Below, piece after piece: positions 1 to 7,813 of a stretch of DNA of 37,333 nucleotides. Source of the stretch: an uncultured Desulfobulbaceae bacterium (GTDB lineage Bacteria; Desulfobacterota; Desulfobulbia; Desulfobulbales; Desulfobulbaceae); the NCBI GenBank assembly GCA_945787305.1, contig CALZIH010000016.1, positions 1 to 37,333 on the forward strand, given 5' to 3'. The position numbers were made by a program, and so were the translations under genes. Every line of letters starts with the position of its first letter. Within the stretch, counting starts at the first letter, position 1. Under the pieces are notes generated by a model, which made no database searches, had not been told where the DNA came from, and saw only the letters and a program-made list of their open reading frames with translations.

Positions 1-12
1 TGATAGACTAAT

Positions 13-186
13 GGCTACCTTGAAAAGTTGTATTTTCGCCCGATCACCCGGAGTCTCACCAGTTCGCTTGCCTCGTTTGCTTGAAATTTTATCCTGGGAA
101 TATCCTGCCTGTGGTAAAATTATTCGCATGCCTCGGAGTCTACCCTTACCTGACCTCGAACGAAAATCCTAATTTTTCAAGGCACC
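13..186 (+). mobile_element. MITE-like non-autonomous element, family A, copy 1 (174 bp)
   Basis: Imperfect ~26-bp terminal inverted repeats: 5' end GGCTACCTTGAAAAGTTGTATTTTCG, reverse complement of 3' end GGTGCCTTGAAAAATTAGGATTTTCG. Flanked by a 5-bp direct repeat CTAAT (8-12 and 187-191). A second, inverted copy lies at 20317-20449 with a different flanking 5-bp repeat. No credible coding capacity. Confidence 0.6.
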
Positions 187-202
187 CTAATGTACCAGCA
201 GG

Positions 203-238
203 CCCCGTATCACGGCCAGTATGTTGCGTGATACGAGG
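203..238 (-). terminator. Hairpin downstream of aspS (possible terminator, no U-tract)
   Basis: 9-bp perfect stem CGTATCACG/CGTGATACG (206-214 / 227-235), extendable to 12 bp with one G-U on the minus-strand RNA. 12-nt loop. Lies 44 nt after the aspS stop. No T-run follows. Confidence 0.25.
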
Positions 239-281
239 TCAGGCTTGTCGTCGTTCAGGCAGTTGAAAGGGGGTTTGGCAA

Positions 282-2066
282 CTAATTTTCCTTCCAGTCC
301 GGGCGCAGACTGAGTTCGGTCAGTTGTTTTCTTGCAACCTGAGCCGGCGCCTCGGTAAGCGGACAGGTCGCTTTCTGGGTTTTTGGGAAGGCGATAACGT
401 CACGAATGGAGTCTGAACCGGTCAAGATCATCAAGAGTCGGTCCACGCCAAAGGCAATGCCCCCATGCGGCGGCGCTCCCAGTTCCAATGCCCGTAGGAG
501 AAAACCAAATTTATCTTCTCCTTCAGTTTTGTCAATACCCAGAGCCTGAAAGACCTGTTCCTGCATCGCTTTCTGGTGGACACGGATGGAGCCGCCACCT
601 ATTTCATTGCCGTTAAGGACCAGGTCGTAAGCTCGGCTTTTCACTTGGCCGGGGTCTGTTTTTAGCAGTTCCAACTGGTCTTCGTTGGGGGCGGTGAAGG
701 GGTGGTGAACCGCGGTGTGCCGTTTCTGATCATGGTCGTATTCCAGCAATGGAAATTCAGTAATCCAGATAAAGTCGAAGGTGTTTTTGTCGATCAGCTC
801 CAGTCTTCTGCCCAGTTCAAGGCGCAGTTCAGCCAGTACCTGCTGAACAATATTGAGGCTGTCAGCACCAAAAAGGATCAGGTCGCCGGGCTGGGCATCG
901 AGAGCCCTACCCATGGCCGCAAGTTCGTCATCGTTGAAAAATTTAGTGATCGGCGACTGCCATTCGTCCTCTTTGATCTTGATCCAGGCCATACCACGAG
1001 CGCCAAATCTGCCGGCGTACTCCGTGAGGTTGTCAAGATCCTTGCGGGAGAATGAACCGCATCCTTTGGCATTGATCGCCTTTACAACCCCTCCTTTTTC
1101 GATAATCGAATTAAACACCTTGAATCCACAGCCTCGCAGAGTCTCGGTCAAATCGGTCAGCTCCAGGCCGAAACGGGTGTCCGGACGGTCTGTGCCGAAC
1201 CTGTCCATGGCTTCGTCATAGGTCATGCGTTTAAACGGTGGTGTAAGCTCAATATCCCGGGTCGCCTTGAAAACGTTTTTGATCATTCCTTCGCTGATGG
1301 AGATGATTTCCTCTTCGTTGACAAAGCTGAGCTCCATGTCGATCTGGGTAAATTCCGGCTGCCGATCAGCACGCAGGTCTTCATCGCGAAAACATCGTAC
1401 CACTTGAAAATATCGGTCCATGCCGGACATCATCAATATCTGTTTGAAGAGTTGGGGTGATTGCGGAAGGGCATAGAAGCGACCGGCGTTTACCCGGCTG
1501 GGTACCAGGTAATCCCTAGCTCCTTCCGGGGTGGAGCGGGTAAGGACTGGTGTCTCCACTTCCAGAAAATTGTTTTCGCTGAGATAGGTGCGTACCGCCT
1601 GGGTTGCCTTGTGGCGCATGATGAGCTTTTCGGCCATTTCCGGTCGCCGCAGGTCAAGGTAGCGGTATTGCAGGCGCAGATTGTCTGAAATTTCAACCTC
1701 CTCATCCAGGGGAAAGGGAGGGGTTTCACTGGTGTTGAGAATTCGCAGTTCATCGACGAGGACTTCGATTTCGCCGGTGTTCAGTTTCGGGTTGGCCATA
1801 TCGCCCGGGCGTCGTTCAACCCGCCCCTTGACTGCCAGCACCCATTCACTGCGAAGCTGATGGGCTTTGTTGTGTACCTCCGGGTTGATCTCCGGGTTAA
1901 AGACAATTTGCGTGATTCCCCAGCGATCGCGCAGGTCGATAAAGATGACCCCGCCATGATCGCGGCGCCTGAGGACCCAGCCCATGAGCACGACCTTCTG
2001 CTCAAGATGATCACTGCCGAGTTCGTTACAGTTATGTGTACGCAAGAGCGTTCCAAGTGCATCCAT
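282..2066 (-). CDS. aspS: Aspartate--tRNA ligase (class II AspRS)
   Basis: 594-aa ORF. N-terminal OB-fold segment VVLMGWVLRRRDHGGVIFIDLRD, FYALPQSPQLFKQ, GGGSIRVH and motif-3-like GIAFGVDRL. Full length for bacterial AspRS. Confidence 0.97.
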   Translation of the reverse strand: MDALGTLLRTHNCNELGSDHLEQKVVLMGWVLRRRDHGGVIFIDLRDRWGITQIVFNPEINPEVHNKAHQLRSEWVLAVKGRVERRPGDMANPKLNTGEIEVLVDELRILNTSETPPFPLDEEVEISDNLRLQYRYLDLRRPEMAEKLIMRHKATQAVRTYLSENNFLEVETPVLTRSTPEGARDYLVPSRVNAGRFYALPQSPQLFKQILMMSGMDRYFQVVRCFRDEDLRADRQPEFTQIDMELSFVNEEEIISISEGMIKNVFKATRDIELTPPFKRMTYDEAMDRFGTDRPDTRFGLELTDLTETLRGCGFKVFNSIIEKGGVVKAINAKGCGSFSRKDLDNLTEYAGRFGARGMAWIKIKEDEWQSPITKFFNDDELAAMGRALDAQPGDLILFGADSLNIVQQVLAELRLELGRRLELIDKNTFDFIWITEFPLLEYDHDQKRHTAVHHPFTAPNEDQLELLKTDPGQVKSRAYDLVLNGNEIGGGSIRVHQKAMQEQVFQALGIDKTEGEDKFGFLLRALELGAPPHGGIAFGVDRLLMILTGSDSIRDVIAFPKTQKATCPLTEAPAQVARKQLTELSLRPDWKEN

Positions 2067-2204
2067 TTGTTGTCTACTCCGGTTTTTGTGAAAGGTTCCA
2101 AGGGTAAAAGTTTACCGCTTGCGGTAGATACCATTCGAGGGGTCCGTTGGATTACCGTTCACGTATCGTTGTCCCGGTCAATCGGGATGTGGTTTATCTT
2201 TTAA

Positions 2205-3503
2205 TTAAATAATAACGTTGTCTTCGGTAATCCGAAATTCTGGTTTTATGATACTTCTCAGCCTTTCTGCCTGTTCATCTATGATTTCGTTCAGAGAAAA
2301 AGTCACCTGCTCTTGGGTTTGCATGTTGCGTAGCACAGCTTGTTTTTCTACAAGTTCGTTTTCACCGATAATTAATGCAAAACGGCTGTTGATACGGCCG
2401 GCCTGTTTCATCTGTGCCTTGAGGCTGCGACCGCTGTAATCCATAGCCGCCTTTAGTTCAAGGGTCCGCAGTTTATGGGTTAGCATGCTGCTGTATTCGG
2501 TTGCCTCATCGCCAAGGGCGGCAATAAAAATGTCGGTTGAAGACTTTGGAATTGTACTGTCTGTCTGCTGATCCATGAGCAGGGCCAGGCGCTCCATACC
2601 CATGGCAAAACCGATGCCGGGTAGAGGCGGGCCTCCTAGCTGTTCGATCAGGCCGTCGTAACGGCCACCTGCGCCAACCGCAGACTGCGCTCCCAGATCG
2701 TCGGTGATAAACTCGAACGTGGTGCGGGTATAATAGTCGAGGCCCCGGACCATGAACCGGTTTTTGCTATAGGTTACCCCAAGAAGGTTCAGGGAGTGTT
2801 CGACGCCTGCAAAGTGTGTGTTGCAGTCGTTGCAGAGTGAGTCAAGAATCGAGGGTGCATCCTGGACCAGGGCTTTACATCCCCTGCTTTTACAGTCAAG
2901 GGCGCGTAGCGGGTTGGTGGCAAGGCGACGGCGGCAATCTTCACAGAGGCTTTCCTTGCGGGCCTCAAGATACGTTATCAGCTTGACTCGAAAATCAGGG
3001 CGGCACGCCGGACAGCCCAGGGAGTTGATCTCAAGGCTTACCGTAAGTCCAAGGTCGTTAAGCAGCATCTGTCCCATGGCCATCAGTTCTGCATCCACCT
3101 GGGGTTCTGTTGCCCCGATAATTTCGACGTCCATTTGGTGGAATTGACGTAGGCGCCCTTTTTGTGGACGTTCATGGCGAAACATGGGGCCGATGGTGTA
3201 TAGTCGCTGTACAGGCTGTTGCACATGCAAGCCATGTTCAATGAAGGCTCGCAGAAGGGAGGCTGTTGCTTCCGGTCGCATGGTGATGCCTTTGTCGCTA
3301 AAGCTGTACATCTCCTTTTCGACAATATCGGTTGCCTCACCAATGGATCGGGAGAACAGTTCGGTTTTTTCCAGGATCGGCATGCGGATTTCACACATCC
3401 CGAATCGTTCAAAAATATCCCTGGCCTTCTGTTCAATCTGTTGCCAGCGGAGCGCTGCTTCTGGTAAGATATCTTTAAAGCCGTTAATGGCCTTTATTTT
3501 CAC
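2205..3503 (-). CDS. hisS: Histidine--tRNA ligase
   Basis: 432-aa ORF with MRPEATASLLRAF, LYTIGPMFRHERPQKGRLRQFHQ (motif 2), GGGRYDGL and GFAMGMERL (motif 3). Lies 138 nt upstream of aspS on the same strand. Confidence 0.97.
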   Translation of the reverse strand: MKIKAINGFKDILPEAALRWQQIEQKARDIFERFGMCEIRMPILEKTELFSRSIGEATDIVEKEMYSFSDKGITMRPEATASLLRAFIEHGLHVQQPVQRLYTIGPMFRHERPQKGRLRQFHQMDVEIIGATEPQVDAELMAMGQMLLNDLGLTVSLEINSLGCPACRPDFRVKLITYLEARKESLCEDCRRRLATNPLRALDCKSRGCKALVQDAPSILDSLCNDCNTHFAGVEHSLNLLGVTYSKNRFMVRGLDYYTRTTFEFITDDLGAQSAVGAGGRYDGLIEQLGGPPLPGIGFAMGMERLALLMDQQTDSTIPKSSTDIFIAALGDEATEYSSMLTHKLRTLELKAAMDYSGRSLKAQMKQAGRINSRFALIIGENELVEKQAVLRNMQTQEQVTFSLNEIIDEQAERLRSIIKPEFRITEDNVII

Positions 3504-3639
3504 GATGTTCTTCCTCTTTAGTCAGGTCTGGGTAGTCTTGGTTCATTCTATTCTTGCGTCCATTTTCTTGAGAAAAGCAAAGAAATCTTAAATTTTACCC
3601 GGAAAAGAGGTGAAAAGTCAAGCCGATGTGGCGAGGTTA

Positions 3640-3648
3640 TGGTATAAT
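3640..3648 (+). promoter_or_regulatory. Candidate extended -10 promoter (TGgTATAAT) for the downstream NMO-family gene
   Basis: Exact TATAAT at 3643-3648 preceded by TG at 3640-3641. About 112 nt upstream of the ATG at 3761, in the hisS/NMO divergent intergenic region. No good -35 seen. Confidence 0.3.
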
Positions 3649-3760
3649 AATAATTTTCTTCTTTTAAGAGCGTTGAATTTCCTGCCTCCTGCTTGACAAA
3701 GCCAGCAGGGCAAGGCATATTCCAAATATACTTTTTCCTACGTTGAATAGAGTGGATTGA

Positions 3761-4729
3761 ATGAAACTTCCAGAACTTACAATTGGTTCTTTTGTTGCCC
3801 GCATACCCATTATCCAGGGAGGGATGTCGATACGGGTTTCGACCTCAGCGCTCGCCGTACCCGTTGCCGAGTGTGGCGGGATCGGGACGATTGGCGGCTC
3901 CGGTCTTCCTGTCGCCGAGTTGCAGGAAGATATCCGACGAGCCAAGCAGGCCACCGACGGTGTCATCGCAGTGAATATTATGTATGCGATGAAAGATTTT
4001 TACAATCTGGTGATGGGGTCCATTGAAGCAGGGGCTGATATGATCATTACCGGTGCAGGGTTTTCCCGTGATATTTTCAAAATAGGCAAGAAACACAACA
4101 TTCCGATTGTCTCGATTGTTTCTTCGCCGGCCTTTGCCAAACTGGCGGAAAAACTTGGTGCGGCAGCTATTATTGTTGAAGCGGCAGAGGCCGGAGGGCA
4201 TCTGGGCACCGACAAATCCCTGCGCGATATTTTTCCGTCCATTCGTAAAGTGGTATCCAAGGTGCCCCTTATTGCTGCCGGTGGTATTACCAACGGCTTT
4301 GAGATGGCTGAGATTATGGATAAATTCGGTGCTGATGGCATTCAGATTGCCTCCCGTTTTGTCTTGAGTAAAGAGTGTTCTGTTTCGCAAAAATTCAAAG
4401 AGGCCTTTCTTGAGGCAAAAAAAGAAGATATTGTTCTTGTTCAATCACCTGTAGGCATGACCGGTCGAGCCATTAAGACGCCGTTTGTTGAGCAGATGGA
4501 ACGGGGTGACGATGTTGCCGCCAAGGAGTGTAAATTCAAGTGCCTGAAGAAGTGTTCCTATAAGTATTGTATCAATGATCGACTGATGGCCTCATGTACC
4601 GGTGATGTAGACGACGGCCTGGTTTTCTCCGGTGCCAACACCTGGAAGATGGATGAAATCCTGCCCGTACAGGAAATATTTGACCGTTTTGTCCACGAGG
4701 CAGAGTCGGTATACAAGGAAAAGAAATAG
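3761..4729 (+). CDS. NAD(P)H-dependent flavin oxidoreductase, nitronate monooxygenase / FabK-like family
   Basis: 322-aa ORF with PIIQGGMS, VEAAEAGGHLG and LIAAGGI, typical of the NMO/2-nitropropane dioxygenase TIM-barrel family. Carries a C-terminal Cys-rich stretch CKFKCLKKCSYKYC. Confidence 0.85.
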   Translation: MKLPELTIGSFVARIPIIQGGMSIRVSTSALAVPVAECGGIGTIGGSGLPVAELQEDIRRAKQATDGVIAVNIMYAMKDFYNLVMGSIEAGADMIITGAGFSRDIFKIGKKHNIPIVSIVSSPAFAKLAEKLGAAAIIVEAAEAGGHLGTDKSLRDIFPSIRKVVSKVPLIAAGGITNGFEMAEIMDKFGADGIQIASRFVLSKECSVSQKFKEAFLEAKKEDIVLVQSPVGMTGRAIKTPFVEQMERGDDVAAKECKFKCLKKCSYKYCINDRLMASCTGDVDDGLVFSGANTWKMDEILPVQEIFDRFVHEAESVYKEKK

Positions 4730-4769
4730 GCCTGTTTTTGTATAAGGGGAATTTCTGATAGAAGGACAT

Positions 4770-6131
4770 ATGGCGTCAGACTCGGCCGAGCCCGATAAGG
4801 AACAAGGACAAGCCTCTAAGGTGCACTCGACCATTATAAAAGAGGCTGATCATCCCATCCGTCCAAGAGATATTGACCGTGAGGCACTAAAGGTTTTGTA
4901 TCGGCTACGAGATGCCGGTTTTTCCGGTTATCTTGTTGGTGGCGGAGTCCGGGACCTGTATCTTGGAAAACAGCCAAAAGATTTTGATATTTCAACCAAC
5001 GCCCGTCCTGGGCAACTGAGAAAATTATTCCGCAACAGTCGAACCATAGGCCGACGTTTTCGTTTGGTCCAGGTATTTTTTCGCGGCAATAAAATCATCG
5101 AAGTCTCTACCCTGCGCTCACGTAGCGAGTATGATATCAATGACACCGAGGTGCTTCCCAGCAATAATACCTTCGGAACCTTGGAAGAAGACGCCTTTCG
5201 TCGTGACCTGACCATAAACTCTCTGTTTTATGAGATTGAAAACAATACCATCATCGATTATGTCGGTGGCGTGGCTGACCTCAATAATGGTGTTGTTCGC
5301 ATTGTCGGCGACCCTGAAATACGTATTACCAGGGACCCTGTAAGGATGCTGCGGGCGGTTCGGCATGCGGCTCGAACCGGTTTTTCTATTGAAGAAGAGA
5401 CCTGGAACGCAATAGTCGCCCACAGAGAAGAATTGAATCTCTGCCCGCCTTCACGTATCCGAGATGAATTCCTCAAAGACCTCATTTCCGGTCACAGCAG
5501 GGCCTGGGCTGAACACTGTATACAGAGTCGAATTTTTTTCACCCTGTTTCCCTTTTACGAAAAACTGTTGTTGGATGAAGAGGGAGCCAGGCAGCTCTAT
5601 GCACTTCTTGATGTTGTCGACAGGCTCCATACCCACCCTGAGAATAAACGGCTACGCCTGCCTGAATATATGCTTTTTGCGGCAATACTTTTTCCATGGA
5701 TAGAAAAGAAGTACAACCTCCTGAACAGGGAAGTTAAAGGGGGCGGCTATCATCGTTTACTCATGGATATTCGCACGGCTTTGGAGGATGTCGTTTGTAG
5801 CCGTTTTAATGTGAAGCGGGCGGCAAAAGAAGCTGTAACAACACTCTATGTCAATATGCCATCCCTCCAGCAACATAGAAAAAAAGGGTGGCCAAAGTGG
5901 CTGCAGAAGAAGAGCTATTTTAACGATTGTCTGCGGTTTTTCGCCCTTGTCGAAGAGGCTCGAGGGGGAGCGGATGTTTCCACTCACCTCTTTTCTGCGG
6001 ATAATAACCGAAGTGAGGTGGAGCTTAAGGTGCGTAATGGTGGTGGCGGACGTGGCCGCAAGGGAGGAGGAAACCCTGCATTTACCACCGATAAAGGCGG
6101 GGTGTTTGGGCTGGGCCATACTTCCCCTTAG
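4770..6131 (+). CDS. pcnB: Poly(A) polymerase I / tRNA nucleotidyltransferase-family protein
   Basis: 453-aa ORF. Nucleotidyltransferase head GYLVGGGVRDLYLGKQPKDFDISTNARPGQLRKLFRNSRTIGRRFRLVQV, RRDLTINSLFY, PVRMLRAVRHAARTGF. Arg/Gly-rich C-terminal tail. Confidence 0.85.
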   Translation: MASDSAEPDKEQGQASKVHSTIIKEADHPIRPRDIDREALKVLYRLRDAGFSGYLVGGGVRDLYLGKQPKDFDISTNARPGQLRKLFRNSRTIGRRFRLVQVFFRGNKIIEVSTLRSRSEYDINDTEVLPSNNTFGTLEEDAFRRDLTINSLFYEIENNTIIDYVGGVADLNNGVVRIVGDPEIRITRDPVRMLRAVRHAARTGFSIEEETWNAIVAHREELNLCPPSRIRDEFLKDLISGHSRAWAEHCIQSRIFFTLFPFYEKLLLDEEGARQLYALLDVVDRLHTHPENKRLRLPEYMLFAAILFPWIEKKYNLLNREVKGGGYHRLLMDIRTALEDVVCSRFNVKRAAKEAVTTLYVNMPSLQQHRKKGWPKWLQKKSYFNDCLRFFALVEEARGGADVSTHLFSADNNRSEVELKVRNGGGGRGRKGGGNPAFTTDKGGVFGLGHTSP

Positions 6132-6161
6132 CCGTTTTTTCTACTACCTCTCGGAGTAGTT

Positions 6162-6893
6162 GTGCGCTTTCTTTTATACAATATCCGCTACTGTGCAGGG
6201 ATTGGGGCCAGGTTTCATATGCCGGTACCCTATGCCGGTTATCTCAAGCATTCAGCGGAAGTTCTTGACGATATAGCTGAATTTGTCGGTCAGGTTGAAC
6301 CGGATATAATTGGTCTTGTCGAAGTTGATAGTGGATCGTTTCGAACCGGCAATGTGTGCCAGGCGCAGCAGATCGCTGATCATCTCGGCCACTATCACGT
6401 AATCGAGACCAAGTATGGCTTACAATCCGTCGCCGGCAAGGTGCCATTATTGAACAGGCAGGGAAATGCCGTTCTTTCCCGCCTCCCCATATTGAGTCAC
6501 CGTTTTCATTATTTTGAGCAGGGTGTCAAGCGACTGGTTATTGAAGCGAGGCTGGCGAAAATAACGGTGTTTCTCGTCCACCTCTCTCTGACCTATCGAA
6601 ATCGTCAGTACCAACTTGAGCGCCTGTATAGGTTGACTCGAGAGGTGAAGGGGCCGCTGGTTGTGGCCGGTGATTTCAATGTGCTCTGGGGTGATCATGA
6701 ACTGGATCTTTTCCTTGGCGCCACCGGATTGATTAATGCTAACAGTGATGGGCAGCCGTCCCATCCAAGCAGTTCGCCCAAGCGTCAACTGGACTTCATT
6801 CTTCACAGCCCTGATCTCAAGGTAACCGATTTTCAGATCCCACAGGTGCTTTTATCCGACCACGCACCCCTTGTTTGCGATTTCGAATCATGA
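6162..6893 (+). CDS. Endonuclease/exonuclease/phosphatase (EEP) family protein
   Basis: 243-aa ORF with a GTG start. EEP motifs LLYNIRY, DIIGLVEVD, VVAGDFN, LSDHAPLVCDF. The stop codon TGA (6891-6893) is built partly from the first two nt of MITE B1. Confidence 0.8.
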   Translation: MRFLLYNIRYCAGIGARFHMPVPYAGYLKHSAEVLDDIAEFVGQVEPDIIGLVEVDSGSFRTGNVCQAQQIADHLGHYHVIETKYGLQSVAGKVPLLNRQGNAVLSRLPILSHRFHYFEQGVKRLVIEARLAKITVFLVHLSLTYRNRQYQLERLYRLTREVKGPLVVAGDFNVLWGDHELDLFLGATGLINANSDGQPSHPSSSPKRQLDFILHSPDLKVTDFQIPQVLLSDHAPLVCDFES

Positions 6894-6992
6894 TGGACTC
6901 GTAAAAAGTTCAAAACGCCGCTTGCACAGCACGGAAATACAAAGAGATATAGCCTTTCCGCCGTCGGTGGCGAGGCTTTTTGTGACACCGAC
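6892..6992 (+). mobile_element. MITE-like element, family B, copy 1 (101 bp)
   Basis: 17-bp imperfect TIRs: GATGGACTCGTAAAAAG versus reverse complement of the 3' end GTCGGTGTCACAAAAAG. Flanked by the direct repeat AATCAT (6886-6891 and 6993-6998). A 101-bp inverted copy lies at 19571-19671 with different flanking repeats. Confidence 0.65.
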
Positions 6993-7038
6993 AATCATAA
7001 CACCCCTGCTAAGAAAGGGCACTGCGGAGCTGCTACGG

Positions 7039-7728
7039 TTATCGGGGAAGAGCAATAAGAGATCCGTTTCTACCTGTCACTTCGCTCCCATTTTTTTTTG
7101 CTCTTCTATAGGAGAAGAAATGTTTGCTGCAACATGTACATGTAGCAGTCACATCAATATTTTGTGTTATGATCCCTGCGTGTTGCAGCTGAAATCTGCT
7201 TATGGCCCAGAAGTCGAAATGATTCGCATGTCGTTGGTATGTGTGAAATTGAGTTGGTAGTTCTTGTCGATAGTTGATGAATTCAGCACAGCAGGGCCCG
7301 AGGGAAGGACTGATTACGGCCTTGATGTTTACAGGTTCTGCGCCAGATTATTGTGGCCAGCTCCATTTTGATTCATTACAGATACCCGACGTACTCTATG
7401 ATGGGTTGCCGCCAGCCTGCAGACGCTGGTCGGTTACCAGTGCGTCAAATTCTCCAAGCATCACATCTTGGCCGATCCCCTCAACTACAGCCACAGCATC
7501 GGCATGCACTTGTTTGCTGGAAACCAGAAAGTCAATGTCAAGAATCTGTTTGACCAGATCTCGATTTTTCATAACAGATGCATGGTGGTCGCCAACCCCG
7601 AAGCTGAGGTTAAGAGCTTCGAAACGGCCCCTGCTTGTACCGCCCCAGCGGGCAAACATGCCATGCGGTGTGCCAAATCTTTTGCTGGTGTAACGGAATA
7701 TTTCGTTACCTGTATTGATGGAATGCAT
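7039..7728 (-). pseudogene. pgeF: Decayed pgeF/yfiH (DUF152 polyphenol-oxidase-like / peptidoglycan editing factor) gene
   Basis: The N-terminal 110 codons (7396-7728: FGTPHGMFARWGGTSRGRFEALNLSF...KQVHADAV...FDALVTDQ) end at an in-frame TAG. In the same frame further downstream (to the stop at 7039-7041) the typical C-terminus is intact: LGPCCAEF...DFWAISRFQLQHAGI...CTCCSKHFFSYRRAKKNGSEVTGRNGSLIAL. The middle has two in-frame stops and is about 20 aa too short. The HAGWRG motif survives only as H-N-N / W-R-R-T split across two frames. Confidence 0.7.
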
Positions 7729-7751
7729 GGACTTACCCTTGCAGTTTGCAT

Positions 7752-7787
7752 AAAAAAAGGGAAAGCCCGGCCGGGCTTTCCCTTTTT
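7752..7787 (-). terminator. Strong bidirectional rho-independent terminator after the porin gene
   Basis: Perfect 12-bp palindromic stem GGGAAAGCCCGG/CCGGGCTTTCCC (7759-7782), flanked by an A-run (7752-7758) and a T-run (7783-7787). Begins 26 nt downstream of the porin stop. Confidence 0.8.
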
Positions 7788-7813
7788 AATTTACTTGAAC
7801 CCGTTAATGCAGT

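Noticed and set aside
13-186. Family A as a riboswitch or structured ncRNA (conserved blocks, variable spacers, long closing helix ATTTTCG/CGAAAAT).
   Set aside because: The closing helix is simply the terminal inverted repeat of a TSD-flanked element. With two copies I see no compensatory changes, and the remaining pairings are short and AT-rich. It is retained only as a caveat under the MITE findings.
81-266. 61-aa ORF whose peptide (KFYPGNILPVVKLFACL...) resembles the 71-aa ORF at 20238-20453 (KFYPRNILPIVKLFACL...), which suggests a duplicated small gene.
   Set aside because: The similarity is confined to the MITE A conserved blocks and breaks at the element's indels. There is no SD, the ORFs run across TIRs and TSDs, and the DNA-level mobile-element explanation is sufficient.
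6871-7260. 129-aa ORF sharing KRRLHSTE...PPSVARLF.TPTI with the ORF at 19510-19734.
   Set aside because: The shared peptide is a translation of MITE B. The rest of the ORF is antisense to the pgeF pseudogene. It is not a real gene.
7120-7260. 46-codon Cys-rich sORF (MFAATCTCSSHINILCYDPC...) with a strong AGGAG SD, considered as a possible RiPP-like precursor.
   Set aside because: It lies exactly antisense to the conserved C-terminal coding region of pgeF (CTCCSKHFFSYRR...). Its Cys richness and the ACATGT repeats are mirror images of that coding sequence.
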